The notes under the pieces are model-generated. The model saw nothing but the letters and a program-made list of their open reading frames with translations, was not told the origin of the DNA and did not search any database. Positions 25,688 through 37,276 of a DNA stretch of 64,000 bases are shown in pieces. Within the stretch, counting starts at the first letter, position 1; every line of letters starts with the position of its first letter. This DNA is from Oikopleura dioica (Eukaryota; Animalia; Chordata), in assembly GCA_907165135.1 (NCBI GenBank), contig OU015567.1, positions 15,934,001 through 15,998,000 of the forward strand, read 5' to 3'. The position numbers were made by a program, and so were the translations under genes.

Positions 25688-26074
25688 GGGGATAGAAACA
25701 GCTTTCTCGATTTTGGTTTGAAGCTACATTAAAGAAAACATAAGATTTATTTATGTTAACGGTGTTTCCTCATAAATGTTCCTAGAAAAGAGGTTGAGGT
25801 TCACAACACTGTGAATGAAATTTGTTTAAAAATCAGGTGACTAGAGATATTCGTGTTTGAAAAGTTGCGAAAATCGAGAATTTCGGAGAGATGAGTTGCT
25901 TCTGAGCCTGTTTACTCAAAAAATTGATGACTAAAACAAATTTTGAGGGAGATGCTCCTAGTTCTAAGATGTATTTATCTAAACCTGAAGTGAAAATTTG
26001 AAAATGTAAGATTCTCTTGTCTGTAGCGCCAGTCAAAAATCGCCTTTTTCGTAAAAAAAGCTGTTTCTATCCCC
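25688..26074. mobile_element. Kolobok-like TTAA element
   Basis: ATAA-GGGGATAGAAACAGCTTT ... AAAGCTGTTTCTATCCCC-TTAA. Confidence 0.65.
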
Positions 26075-26538
26075 TTAAATTATATTTTTTTCTATATAAT
26101 ATAATATAATTTTTCTAAATATTATATATTTTTCTGAATCAGGTCTTAAAATTTGTAGGCCATCCCTCTTCCTGGATATTTCAAATTCTCTTTATTTTTC
26201 TCTTCGATCTGTGTTTTCAGTATTTTAAGAAGTTCCATGTTTTAGGTAAAAAATGCGTTTTAGGAAGAAGCCCAGTGTGTCTGTGCAGAGTGGTGTGTAA
26301 AGTGATTGTGTTGTTAGTGTTGTGGGTGGCTTTTGCTATTTTCCGTCGGTCTGCTCCTGACCGTACCGCGACCGCGGTCGTCTCCAAAACGACCGATACG
26401 ATGGTGCCTAAGCCAGAAGCAGATTTGTATGGAGAGAGACGAGTACTTTCAAGTAAATAACACAACGCCCGCCGAGTGGTCAGCGCAAAAGGTCGACCGC
26501 GCTCGAGCCGCCTCAGAACGCAGTTCAGCCCTTTTTCG

Positions 26539-26838
26539 CGGGGGCGCTCGGTTTCATTACCAAAAATTTTTGGTATTTGAATACCAAAATTGGTATTTGA
26601 ATACCAAAAATTGGTATTTGAATACCAAATTTTTCTACTGGAAACAATTTTTTCCTTGAAAAATAGGTAAATCACATCAAGAGCTTCCTATAAAACAGGC
26701 GCGGAGCGCACACTCGCATTTTTTGGTGGGCGAAATAAGTATTCTTTGGCGAATTTGGTATTTGAATACCAAAATTGGTATTTGAATACCAAAAATTGGT
26801 ATTTGAATACCAATTGGTAATCAAACCGAGCGTCTCCC
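26539..26838. mobile_element. hAT-like MITE with palindromic TTGGTATTTGAATACCAA arrays
   Basis: Perfect 8-bp flanks CTTTTTCG (26531-26538, 26839-26846); inverted ends GGGGCGCTCGGTTTCATTACCAA / TTGGTAATCAAACCGAGCGTCTCCC. Confidence 0.75.
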
Positions 26839-27265
26839 CTTTTTCGTCTTCGCCAAAAAGTGTTGTCTCGTATGATCATTTTGCCAAAATATATCCGCAA
26901 ACTAACAATTGGCAAATTTCGAATGAAAGCTCGATTTTTCACCAAACGAAAGAGAGGTCAAGATCTCTTCGCTAATTATTAGGCGCCAGATTAGCTCAGA
27001 GCTGTACTACTTGCGGGTACTTAAAATTTCACACAATCCACTTCGCCTGATTTTAAAAATTGTTCTCGTCATGCACGTATGCGGACGAATTTGCACAGCG
27101 CTAAAGACTTAATTGCCTTGTTAGTAATAGGAATTTGTAGGAATGGTTTCCACGTTGGAAAGTGAACAGATCATCGTTTCCGTCAATTGCAGTATTTGCC
27201 AAGGAAAGGCTACCTATTTAAGCGTCTCTCTCCAGTTTGGATGGTCAAAATCCTAAAATCAAAAA

Positions 27266-28014
27266 ATGAGCAACGAAGTTAGCCCCGAGAGTCCTCCAGC
27301 CTACGATTCGATCCTAAAAGATGGCTCAGGAATTCCCATCGCTGGAGAAGCGGTGCCACAAACTCAGCAGCAGCAAGAGTACGCTGAATACTGCGCCCAG
27401 CAAAACACACAACAGCCGGTAGTAGTAAACCAGCTACCAGAAGGGGCAGTGATCGTGGAGCAGCAGCCCCAAGTTGTTGTGATGCAGCAAGTCGGCCCGA
27501 ATTACTGTCATTTTTGCAAGCAACACGTAAGCACTCAAAAATAAGAAAAACATATTAAATATCAGTAACAATCATGTATTAGAAGAAAACCCAAAATTTA
27601 GCCGCTTTTCAGTGATTTCGAATCTAAAAAGCAGACAAATTTTGGGTTTTCACTGTATCGAGCCCTACTAGGGGTCTGGATTCGCTTAGCGAGTTCGCTC
27701 ATGAGCGAAGCGAAGCAGAGCGAAGCGAATTCGCTTCGCTTTCGCTTTAAATTTTTGAAAAATTTTCGCTTTCGCTTTTCATTTTTGGTCAAAATCCAGA
27801 CCCCTGGCCCTACTAGTAACAAATATAATTTCGTTTAAGTTTGACAAAAATTAACTCGCAAATTTAGGTGACGTTTTACTACAGATCCGGCTGGACCCCT
27901 GGGGCGATCTGTTGCTGTATCTTTTTCCCGCTGATCGGCTGGGCATTTCTAGCCTGCTCAGTTTCGAACAACTCTGGCCTTCACTGTCCACGCTGCCATC
28001 TGCGGCAAGTCTAG
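27266..28014 (+). CDS. LITAF/BRI3-like Pro-rich membrane protein
   Basis: PPAY motif, YCHFC | intron 27527-27867 | VTFYYRSGWTPGAICCCIFFPLIGWAFLAC...HCPRC: two CxxC motifs bracketing a hydrophobic segment. Confidence 0.7.
27670..27806. mobile_element. hAT-like MITE with GCGAA/TTCGC arrays
   Basis: AGGGGTCTGGATT ... AATCCAGACCCCTG; 8-bp flanks GCCCTACT on both sides. Confidence 0.8.
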
Positions 28015-28547
28015 TTTTCCGAAAAAATAAACTTTGATTCCTTATTTTGTACAATTTATAAATGTATGTAAAAGCAGCTTGGTGCAATGCAGGCGAAAAT
28101 CTGGTCAATCTTTTTTGAGAAATTGTCGAACGGCGGAAACCTTCCTTTGCGCTCGGCGTAATCGCGCAGAGTGCGATTTCCACTGGTCTGCAACGTCCAT
28201 TGTCGCCAGGGAAATAACTGAAATAATAGTTACCAGTGTTTTCTTGCATGTATCCGAGTCATAAGCGGAGCCAGAAAACAGCAAATTATAATATAATGTT
28301 AAGGACCCCCGTGGGTTCTTCGTATCAAAACGCGATTTTGAGCCTTCATTTTTTGGGGTCTATCTGGACTCTTAAATTGGAATTTTCGCCGGAAAATGTC
28401 AGAAATGCCGTAATTTAAAATTACTAATTTTGGTAAAAAATATCGATTTTTCTTGGTTAAAACTTCCTCGACAAGTTTAACGCTCAGACACATCAACAAC
28501 CAAGAATATGGCCCATATTATATAGGTTTTTTAGAAATTTCTATTTT

Positions 28548-29110
28548 TTAAATAAAAAAGCTGACGATAGGGTCCTTAGCACCCAATAAGTGAGTCTTAC
28601 TACTTAGTCTTCCGGCGGTTTCACTCGGTTGTTCTTGCATTCTTCTTATTGCATCTTCGGACCACATTTTATTCAGAATCGACGTATGATCCTTAATCAA
28701 TATAAGAGGTTTGAACTTGATTGGAAAACTTACATCTAGTCTGCCGGCGTATTTCTTGTCGAATATTTTCTGGATATCCTGGCTGTGCAGCTTTCGCTGG
28801 CCCTTGTGAGTCAAGTAAAATCTGACAGTGTAGGAAAAGAGAACGGAAATCCAAATGGCGCCCAGGACGATCGAGGCAATTACAGTAAAGGAAGTGTTCG
28901 TGTCTATTTTCAAATTTAGGGAAACTTAGCGAAAAGAAGCTCTACCTCCAATTTCAAGACTCGTCCAGCTGTCGACGAATTCCATCAAGTGGAGCATCTC
29001 ATCCGCGAAAGTTTGCTCATTTGTTAGAGACGTATCGTCGTCTTCGTTAAAAAGCATAGACGAAGTCTCGGTCTCATCGTCCGCAGACGCAGTTTTTGTT
29101 TTACCTAAGA
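28548..29110 (-). CDS. Possible single-pass membrane protein exons
   Basis: Acidic exon ~28935-29105 and exon with FTVIASIVLGAIWISVLFSYTV helix; no recognisable family. Confidence 0.35.
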
Positions 29111-30692
29111 GCCAAAAATGATGAATTATCTCAAGAAGAGAGCTGAACGCTACTCCTAGCGATTGTTTATAAGCTTAGCCGAACGATTTAAAAGTTACTT
29201 TTTTCGACCGGACAATTGTCTATCTTAGATAAATAGACTATCTAGCTCTTTTCATCGGCCTAATATCCAAGTTTGCTAGGTTAGGACCCCATGAATCCTA
29301 AAATTTTGAGGACTTTTGCATATCTTGAGCTCTAACATAAGAGCTTAGCCTAAAGGCTTCAAAGGCAAAGAATCTTTATGGGTCATAAATTTCAAATCTT
29401 CAATTTGATTGAACATATAGAAAATAGAGGCAAATACTTGTGCAAGAGTCTTTTTTAATATTCGGATTTTCTAGTTTCAGGCTTACTTCGTTGCGAATTT
29501 ATAGATGACACGTTTCACAAGTTACCATTTTATTGTCGATATTTCTATGTTCCCTACCAATCTTCAAAACCTCACTAATATTAACTCTCTCACTAACCTG
29601 GTCTAGCATGGACCCAACTGAGCAAGAGAAGCAATATTAATTCTCTGGTTATCATGCCGGGCGATTATACTAGGCGGAAAAGAAGAGGCTGCGTGGGGAG
29701 AATCATGTACAAAAAATAAGTACAAAATGGAAAACGACTCGAGTATTGTTAAGCGGGGAGACCGACGGGTAGCATTTTGTTTTATTACTTTGAAGGTTTA
29801 AAGGATCACGCAGCAAGCACTCGATGAGCCATCCTGTTCTGCTTGCCATTCTTTCTCCTCCATTCCGCCGCCTTTGCTCTAGAGACCGTTTATCATATTT
29901 TTCCTAGTTTTGACTTCTACGCAAATAAAAAATATAAATTCAAGGCGACTCTCAGAATTCGGCTTTCTCAGAATTTCGCAGAACTCTCAAAATTCTGCCC
30001 GGCCTTAATCCATAAATTGTGCAAAGTTAGCAAAAGCAATTTTCAACCTCAAATGCATCCTCGCATGCACACACTTTTCACGCTCTATAAAATAACTTTA
30101 TTACTTCGCGCTTTTTCGGCTTTGCTTGACTTTTTTCCGTTTCATCTGAAAATCGAAAGTTAAAATTGCTTCATTTATCTGATCAATTTCAATTTTTTGC
30201 GGTTTCTTTATGAAATTTATTCATTTTTTGATAAATTATTTTAATTTTAAATTCGAAAACAAAATAAAAACAAACTCAAATATTCTGAAGATTCATAGAA
30301 ACAAAACCTGGAATGACGAAAAAGCCCTTCATGGCGCCTAACGAGTCTCTGCCTTGAGATTCTCTGCTCTGACTTGACACTAGATCTTAGTCACGAAAGG
30401 TCGCTTGTTACGTAAGTTGTCCGTTTCTGACCAAGTCCTGAAAACTGTCTCTGGACGAAGGACATTTGCAGCTGCGTTACGAATTCTCTGAAGCTTAAAA
30501 ACGATGAATTCGGCTTTTTCGATAAGCGTTCAATAAAAGCGACACATCATAATTCAGTCCGTCAGAAAGAGCGCTCTTGTCAACGCGCTCGCACCTCGCC
30601 TGCCTCAAATTACTGAAAATTTATAGTTCTAATAAGGATGCCACTTGCACGCAAAATAAAACAGCGGAAGAATTTATTTCTTCTACAGCAGA

Positions 30693-33600
30693 TTAGTCCT
30701 TAGCTTGTTTAATCGCTTCGAGAGAACGCTTCAACTGGTGAATCTCGATTCTGTACTCCGACTCTTCTTGTTTCAGCGCTTTGCTTACGATCTCAGAAGT
30801 ATCTGAAAACAGTTGGGCGTTCAAGTAGATTAATGCTTAATCGATTACCAAGAACTTTCATGAAGTTGATTCCTTTTTCTTCGTTCCACTCTCTCACCAG
30901 GCATCGCTTCTGTGGCGTACTGTACAAATGGCCATCAGGCGTGAATGACAGTCGAGCGATGCACTTGGCCGTGTCCTCTTGCAAAGGGCTCCGCAAACTG
31001 AGTAAAAACCTGAGTCAGGGTCTGGAAAAGCCGCGGAGCTTCTTTTTTAAAAACTTTGCTATAACCCTGACTCAGGTTTCTTACCCAGGTTGCCGAGCCC
31101 AGAGTTCGAAATTCCCGCGAACTTTTGCGGGTGCGGGGGGGAGCGGGAACTATGACTGAAATTTTTCGCGGGGGCGGGGGAGCGGGAGCAAGGTCGAAAA
31201 TTTTTGCGGGAGCGGGGGAGCGGGAGCAAGTCCAAAATTTTGCGCGGGAGCGGGGGCGGGGGAGGAGGTCTAAAAATTTTGCGCGGGAGAGGGCGGCGCG
31301 GGAAAAAGGCCTGAAAATTTGCGCGGGAGCGGGGGGCGCGGGAAGGATTCCCCCTCTCTTTTGCTCCCGCGGGAGCCCGCGGGAAAGAAAAATCAACGTG
31401 ATGGCTGGTTTAAAAAGGTCTTCACTAAGGAAGAAGCCTGAGTCAGGCCCCTAAGATAATTCGACAATTGAGAAATAAAATTGAAAAAAATTAATACAAA
31501 CCATAACAAAGCTAAGAACATGAACAATATTACTTTCACATTGAATGGTGGTGGGTGGGGTTGGGGACGAAACTAAGATTGATCAACTAAGACTTCCCCG
31601 GCCTTTGTCAAGCCCCTTAAATTTGAAAACCAAGGAACGGGGCTGAAACGGCCCGAAGGGCCGTCAAGCCCCTTAAATTTGAAAACCAAGGAACGGGGCT
31701 GAAACGGCCCGAAGGGCCGTCAAGCCCCTTAAATTTGAAAACCAAGGAACGGGGCTGAAACGGCCCGAAGGGCCGTCAAGCCACTTAAATTTGAAAACCA
31801 AGGAACGGGGCTGAAACGGCCCGAAGGGCCGTCAAGCCCCTTAAATTAGAAAACCAAGGAACGGGGCTGAAACGGCCCGAAGGGCCGTCAAGCCCCTTAA
31901 ATTTGAAAACCAAGGAACGGGGCTGAAACGGCCCGAAGGGCCGTCAAGCCCCTTAAATTTGAAAACCAAGGAACGGGGCTGAAACGGCCCGAAGGGCCGT
32001 CAAGCCCCTTAAATTTGAAAACCAAGGAACGGGGCTGAAACGGCCCGAAGGGCCGTCAAGCCCCTTAAATTTAAAAACCTATTTCCCCGCTGCTCCCGCA
32101 GCCCCGCGGGAGCATTTTTGAGTTTTCGCGGCGCGGGAAGGGGCGGGAAGAAGGCGGAAAAGAACAATTTACGGCGGGAGCGGGGGGGAGGGGGAAAGAT
32201 CACGAGAAAATCTCGAGGGAGCGGGGGCTCGCGGGAGCATGCGGCGCGGGAAATTTCGAACTCTGGCCGAGCCAAGCCCTTGCGATTTTACTTGAAAGAA
32301 ATCGATCGAAAAGTGCTGCGTCTGGACGGGCGGGAACATGCTCCTCATCAGTTTGAACATGCGGCTTTTGAAGAGATCCTGCTGGTGGAGATTCGCGGAG
32401 ACTCCTACAATAAACTTCAGAAAGGAAAAAAGAAGCGTGGAACCTTGAATATGGCCGTGGTTCGAAACGCCCAGCCAGAGTTCGCCTTTACAATCGCCGT
32501 TGAGAAACGAGGCCGCGTAGTCGCAAATGGCTCCATCTGTAATCCCGTGGTCAAAATCGGCAGCAGCTTTGAAGACTGTACATTTCGCTTCGACCAAGGT
32601 ATCGATTCTGTCCCGCTCCTTAACACCAGCTTCGAATTATCCGTCAGAAATATACAAATACCGAAATAGTTGGAAACTCGTTGGCTTTTGAAGAGGAAGA
32701 GATGCTTGCATCACAAGGCTCTTCTTCATCATCGGAAAACCATTCTTCTTCTATCGAATAAGCAGATTTCTCCGCTTTGAACTCGGCAGAACGGGACCCC
32801 TTTATTTTAGGACAAAGATTTCGTCTGGATTTAAGATACCACTGAGTTACAACTTGGTGGAATGGAACTTATAAGTTGGGCTCGCCAACCTTTGTAGAAA
32901 ACCTGAGTCAGGTTCTGAAGTGCCGATATAAAAATCCGAAAAGCTACTTTTTTAAAATGAAAAACAGAACAACGGTATTACCATTTTAATCGGTCTTTAA
33001 ATATTGGCGAAGCCACTTCTTGGCTTCATTCTTGAAATTTTTCTTGCTTTAGCAGCTACTTTTCATATAGGCTCTTCAGAGCCTACTCAGGTATTCTAAC
33101 AAGTTGCCGAGCCCAGGTAGCTAGTCATATTCAGAAAGTTAAAAATACTCTCATTACTTGAGAAATAATGATTTTGCTCCCTTTCCTTTGCTTCGCAACA
33201 GTCGTTTATGATAATATTTTGGTCGTTGTAAACAATCGCGAGCATGCAGATGTTCTTGAGAATATCGTACAGAATTTCTTGCTGCCTGCCATCGAATTTC
33301 GAGACGAACTTGAAAATTCCATGCTTGATGAGTTTTCGCGCCACGTGATAGCATCGCACGTTGTTTTTGTTCGAAATGAAGAGAGCAAAAAGAGTGAGGA
33401 TTTTTCCGCTGAGTTTTAAAGCGATATCCGATGAATCTTCAATGGCCAGGTTCTCCATCAAAATTTGAACGAAGGAGTCTGATCGGACCGCTTCTTGGAA
33501 CTCTCCTACTCTTTTCCTGGCGTAGTAGTGGTCACTTTCATTTTTCGAAGCGATCAAGAGAAGGATGCAGGCGCAAAAGTAGCGAGCTTCTGTCGAGTAG

Positions 33601-34780
33601 ATTTCGTGGTTTTTCAGAATTGTAAACAGAAGGTAGGGACTGTCGGGAACGCTTCTTTTGTCTTCCTTGACCAACAGAAGTAGACATCTTTCAGAAGATT
33701 TTTAGGCGAATTCGAAATTCAGAATTACTCTTTATTTCTTATTTCTTCAATCAATTATCTCCTTCCTGAGACAAGTGGTTACCAGAGTGCTCGAAACAGG
33801 AGAGGGCGCTATTTTATCCAGAATCAGAAAGACCAGCCTTGGCTCAGTCTTGAGCAATTGCAAGTCGGCTTCAAAGACTTCGACTCGCGGTTCGCGGTAA
33901 ATCGTTCCAGATTCGCAGTCGAAAAGGTTTCCCTGCGAAGTGATCAAAACCCGTCGCACGTGATTGTCTATTATGGTCAAGTAAACCTTGTTGAACTTTC
34001 TGGACTCGGCCTTTCGGTCTTTCAACCGTTGCGGGTCGATGGAGAAGAGTTCCTCGAGAATTTGAGAATGCAAAATTTGGTCTTCTTTGGAAAGGAAGCC
34101 CCAGGCGGAGTATTCATTCACTATTCGCGCGATCATCACATCCGCTGTCTTTTCGTTGTTTCTCGCGAATCTGGTGAATGGTTCGACGCTCAGCTTGTGA
34201 GTCTTCATCACTTTCGAAAACCACTGCGGTTGGGCATTTCTGTCTTCTTGGACGAGACAGTCGACTTGAAATGCCGCGGCAGTGCACTCCAACTCCTCCT
34301 GACCGAGCAAATCTGCCAGTTCATGCTGTCTAGCCGGAGACGCACGAGCAGTGTAGGAACAGCCAGGCTTCAGTAGCATTCCAAGTTTCTTCGAATATTC
34401 GGGTTCGAAAGAGGTGTTAAAAACTTCTTTGCTTCTGGCGCAGCTGTCGACGAGATGGAGCAGATTTCTGAAAAAGTCAAATTTGTTCGCCGTCGCTGGA
34501 TTGCCCTTGATGATCCATTCCGCCAAGATGCCGATCTTTTCCAGCAGCTCCAAGCCAAACTTATCGCGTTGGAAAAAGAAACGCTTCATTCTGACCAAAA
34601 TTGAGTTGCAGAGGTCAAGAACGTTTTTGTAGAAAGAATGAGATATTTCTTTATTGAAATTTCTTTTGTGAGGTTCTTAACTTTTGAGACCGTCGTTCGC
34701 ACTTCTAGGAGGTCTAAATCGCCGCTCAAAACAAATAAATTTTCAGAAATATCAGGAGATATACCAATGATTTTGCTTAA
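30693..34780 (-). CDS. Large uncharacterised multi-exon protein
   Basis: Long ORFs 33747-34598, 33096-33674, 32169-32597, 30793-30996 joined by plausible splice sites; ends ...AIKQAKD*. No family recognised; 5' end uncertain. Confidence 0.6.
31100..32265. mobile_element. hAT-like element (CAG...CTG) inserted in the MITE TIR
   Basis: CAGAGTTCGAAATTCCCGCG ... CGCGGGAAATTTCGAACTCTG; perfect 8-bp TSD GCCGAGCC; GCGGG subterminal arrays. Confidence 0.9.
31609..32079 (+). repeat. 56-bp tandem repeat, 8 full units plus a partial
   Basis: Unit CAAGCCCCTTAAATTTGAAAACCAAGGAACGGGGCTGAAACGGCCCGAAGGGCCGT starting at 31609, 31665, 31721 ... 32057; almost invariant. Confidence 0.97.
32876..33116. mobile_element. 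CTGGGCTCGG-family MITE copy
   Basis: Both TIRs present; intronic; no TSD seen. Confidence 0.75.
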
Positions 34781-35308
34781 CTCTCGAGAAGCGCCACCAC
34801 TACGACGCTAGAGAATTTTGATTGGCTGCGCTCAAAAATGTCGCCATATGTGGTCATTTTAAATTTTCGCGGCAATCGCCGAAAAATCATCAATAATTGT
34901 TCAGAACCGGGACCTGATGATAAAGTCTCTATAAAAGTCCAGAATCACTTTGATCGCGAGAATTTTATTACTTCCATACGCAAGAAGTCGTGGTTTATTT
35001 TCCTCAATTTCCACGCGACAAGTATAAGCAATATTCTTGTAAATCTCCACCTGAGTCAGGAAATCTAAAAGTTAACTTCTGATAAAGATCTCGCGCAAAA
35101 GAATACCGTGCCGCTGTGGAATAGAAAGCACTTTTAGTAGATTCCACATTTTCTCTAAATAAAAAAACTGGCTTTTTTTGAAAGATTCCCCAGCCAATCA
35201 GAATGAAGATGCGGAAAATTGAGTTTTATCCTAGGAAAGACAAAAAGTACATTAATAACGATTGTTTGTAAAAATTGACGTTGTTAATTTGGGAATTACG
35301 CAGAGGTA

Positions 35309-35450
35309 CAGCGGAAATCTAGAAAGAGAGCGCGCGCGGTGTTCTCGAAAAGCAGATCTGGGGAATTGAGTCAGTAGGCTCCATCTGCGATTATTTTTCT
35401 GCGGTACTTTTCGAGAACACCGCGCGCGCTCTCTTTCTAGATTTTCGCTG
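35309..35450. mobile_element. TA-flanked Tc1/pogo-like MITE
   Basis: TA-CAGCGGAAATCTAGAAAGAGAGCGCGCGCGG ... inverted copy ...TTTCGCTG-TA. Confidence 0.75.
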
Positions 35451-35545
35451 TACCGTACAGCCTGTACGTCTGCTTAATTCTCTTTATTTCGTCACTTGGA
35501 CTCCGGTCCCTGTCAAAGTGAATTCACTTTCTTCGTTCTTACATG

Positions 35546-36957
35546 CAGTGATTTACCGAAATAAGAGGCCTCGAAATAAGAGGACTTTTGGTTAAACTAG
35601 GCAAATTCTGTCATCCAAGAAAATTTCGAAATAAGAGGACTTTTTTGACAATTTTAATTAAAAAATCAGGAAATACCGAACTGACAGTGAAGCAACTATT
35701 TAAAAAATCTTTTATCTATGACTAGGGCCGACGAGCAAAAAATCAACCCCAAGTACCCGTTGATGGAAACGCCCGAAACTTTGTAGAAGTGTTTATTTTA
35801 GCCCAATTGAAAAAAATGTAATTGAAATTTTTTTGATCGGATCACGTGATCTCGGGTTACAGACCCTCGAAAAGCTAGAAAAGCTTGCCAAGCTTGATCC
35901 CCTTATGGCATCATCTTCTCGTTAGGCTAGAAAGAAAGGTCTTAATTTGTTCTAGTGGCTTAGTTAAAAAAAATCTTGGTGTATTTACAGGAGACGCTAG
36001 AAGCTATATAAGGACCCAAAACTAGCTAAAATTGAGGTAAAAATCCAGGTTTCACGGGCTACTTAGGGCAAAATACCTTGCAAAAAGGGCCATTTTAGAC
36101 ATTTCAATTCCCTCTTGCGACTCATGTGATCTTGCCACCAAAAATGTTTTGGATTATTTAGAAAGAACTTTTTGTGCTCTTTTATGTGAGCTACATTAAG
36201 ATCCCCTGGGGTAATGGGATCGAGGTTGGCAAGCTTTTCTAGCTTTTCCAGGGTGTGTAACACGTGATCACGTGATCCGACCAAAAAATTTTCAATTACA
36301 ATTTTTTTAGTTGGGCCAAAATAAACATCTTTACAAAGTTTCAGGAATCTACCTCAACGGGTTCTAGTGGTTGACTTTTTGCTCGTCGGCCCTATCTATG
36401 ACTGTTTTGTCGGCCATTTCGAAGTCGATGGCTTTTCTGAGTCGGCTTCATCTGCAACTTGAACTTGAGGCCGCGCGTGTTTCATTGATTTGAAGCGCCA
36501 GGAGATGCTCGACCAACTCCTCTTCGTCTTCTTTCTCCAGAACGCTTGCAAGAACTTCCACATCCTCGAAGTCTTCAACCGTCTCGTTGAACTCTCGCTC
36601 TTTCAACAGCCCAGTATTAATCCAAGAGCGCTTGAAGTTCGCTGGGTTCATGTTCCTTGATCTTCAGGTGATCATTGTCGACGATAAAATCATCAAGATA
36701 ACACCGCATCTTCTTCTTAAAATTTGCGAACCAGTCTTATTCTGGAAATGAATCTTTCTCCTCTCTTGATCTATGATTCATAGTCTATGAATCATAGACT
36801 ATGAATGCATTCCTTTGAAATCTACTAGTAGTAGTAGAAGAGCAAAATGAAAAAAAGAACCTCTGTCACCCTAGCTTGATTTGAAAATTTCCAAAATAAG
36901 AGGACTTTTCGTCATCCCCTGTCATCCAAAAAGGCCTCTTATTTCGGTAAATCACTG
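35546..36957. mobile_element. Tc1/pogo-like deletion derivative
   Basis: 25-bp TIR CAGTGATTTACCGAAATAAGAGGCC at both ends, AAATAAGAGG subterminal repeats; degenerate minus-strand coding remnant 36450-36740. Confidence 0.75.
35723..36394. mobile_element. hAT-like MITE nested in the Tc1/pogo-like element
   Basis: TAGGGCCGACGAGCAAAAA ... TTTTTGCTCGTCGGCCCTA; perfect TSD TCTATGAC; long imperfect TIRs. Confidence 0.9.
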
Positions 36958-37276
36958 TGTGTTACTCAAGTTTAAGCCTCCGAAACATGTCGTCATAAAT
37001 TCTACCACCAAATTAATTAATAACGATGATCATTATTAATAAGCATGTGCTTGATAATGTCGATAAGGTTTCCCTTTTCAAATTTTCCTGATATCAAAAT
37101 CATGCCTTCAATGAGCAGTTATCATGCTTTTCTCGCATTGAATATAGTCGGACCTTCTATCCCTTGCTCAGCGCCGAATAATAATTCAATACAGCGACAA
37201 AACTCTGACATCTAACGCATCCCGGGCGCTATTTAGCCAACTGTCTGAAAGTTTCTCTTCACTTCTCGTCAAAAAA

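Larger units (their letters stand above)
30984..32276. mobile_element. CTGGGCTCGG-family MITE enlarged by a nested hAT element
   Basis: Flanks CTCTTGCA (30976-30983) / CCCTTGCG (32277-32284), 6/8; right TIR split at GCCGAGCC. Confidence 0.75.

Noticed and set aside
30935-31454. Pro/Ala- and Gly/Arg-rich ORFs on both strands
   Set aside because: Translation of GCGGG subterminal repeats of the hAT element.
31609-32079. CRISPR array
   Set aside because: Units are contiguous and identical with no unique spacers; no cas genes; eukaryotic context.
32118-32669. 183-aa plus-strand ORF
   Set aside because: Starts inside the hAT arm; splice signals and exon continuity favour the minus-strand gene.
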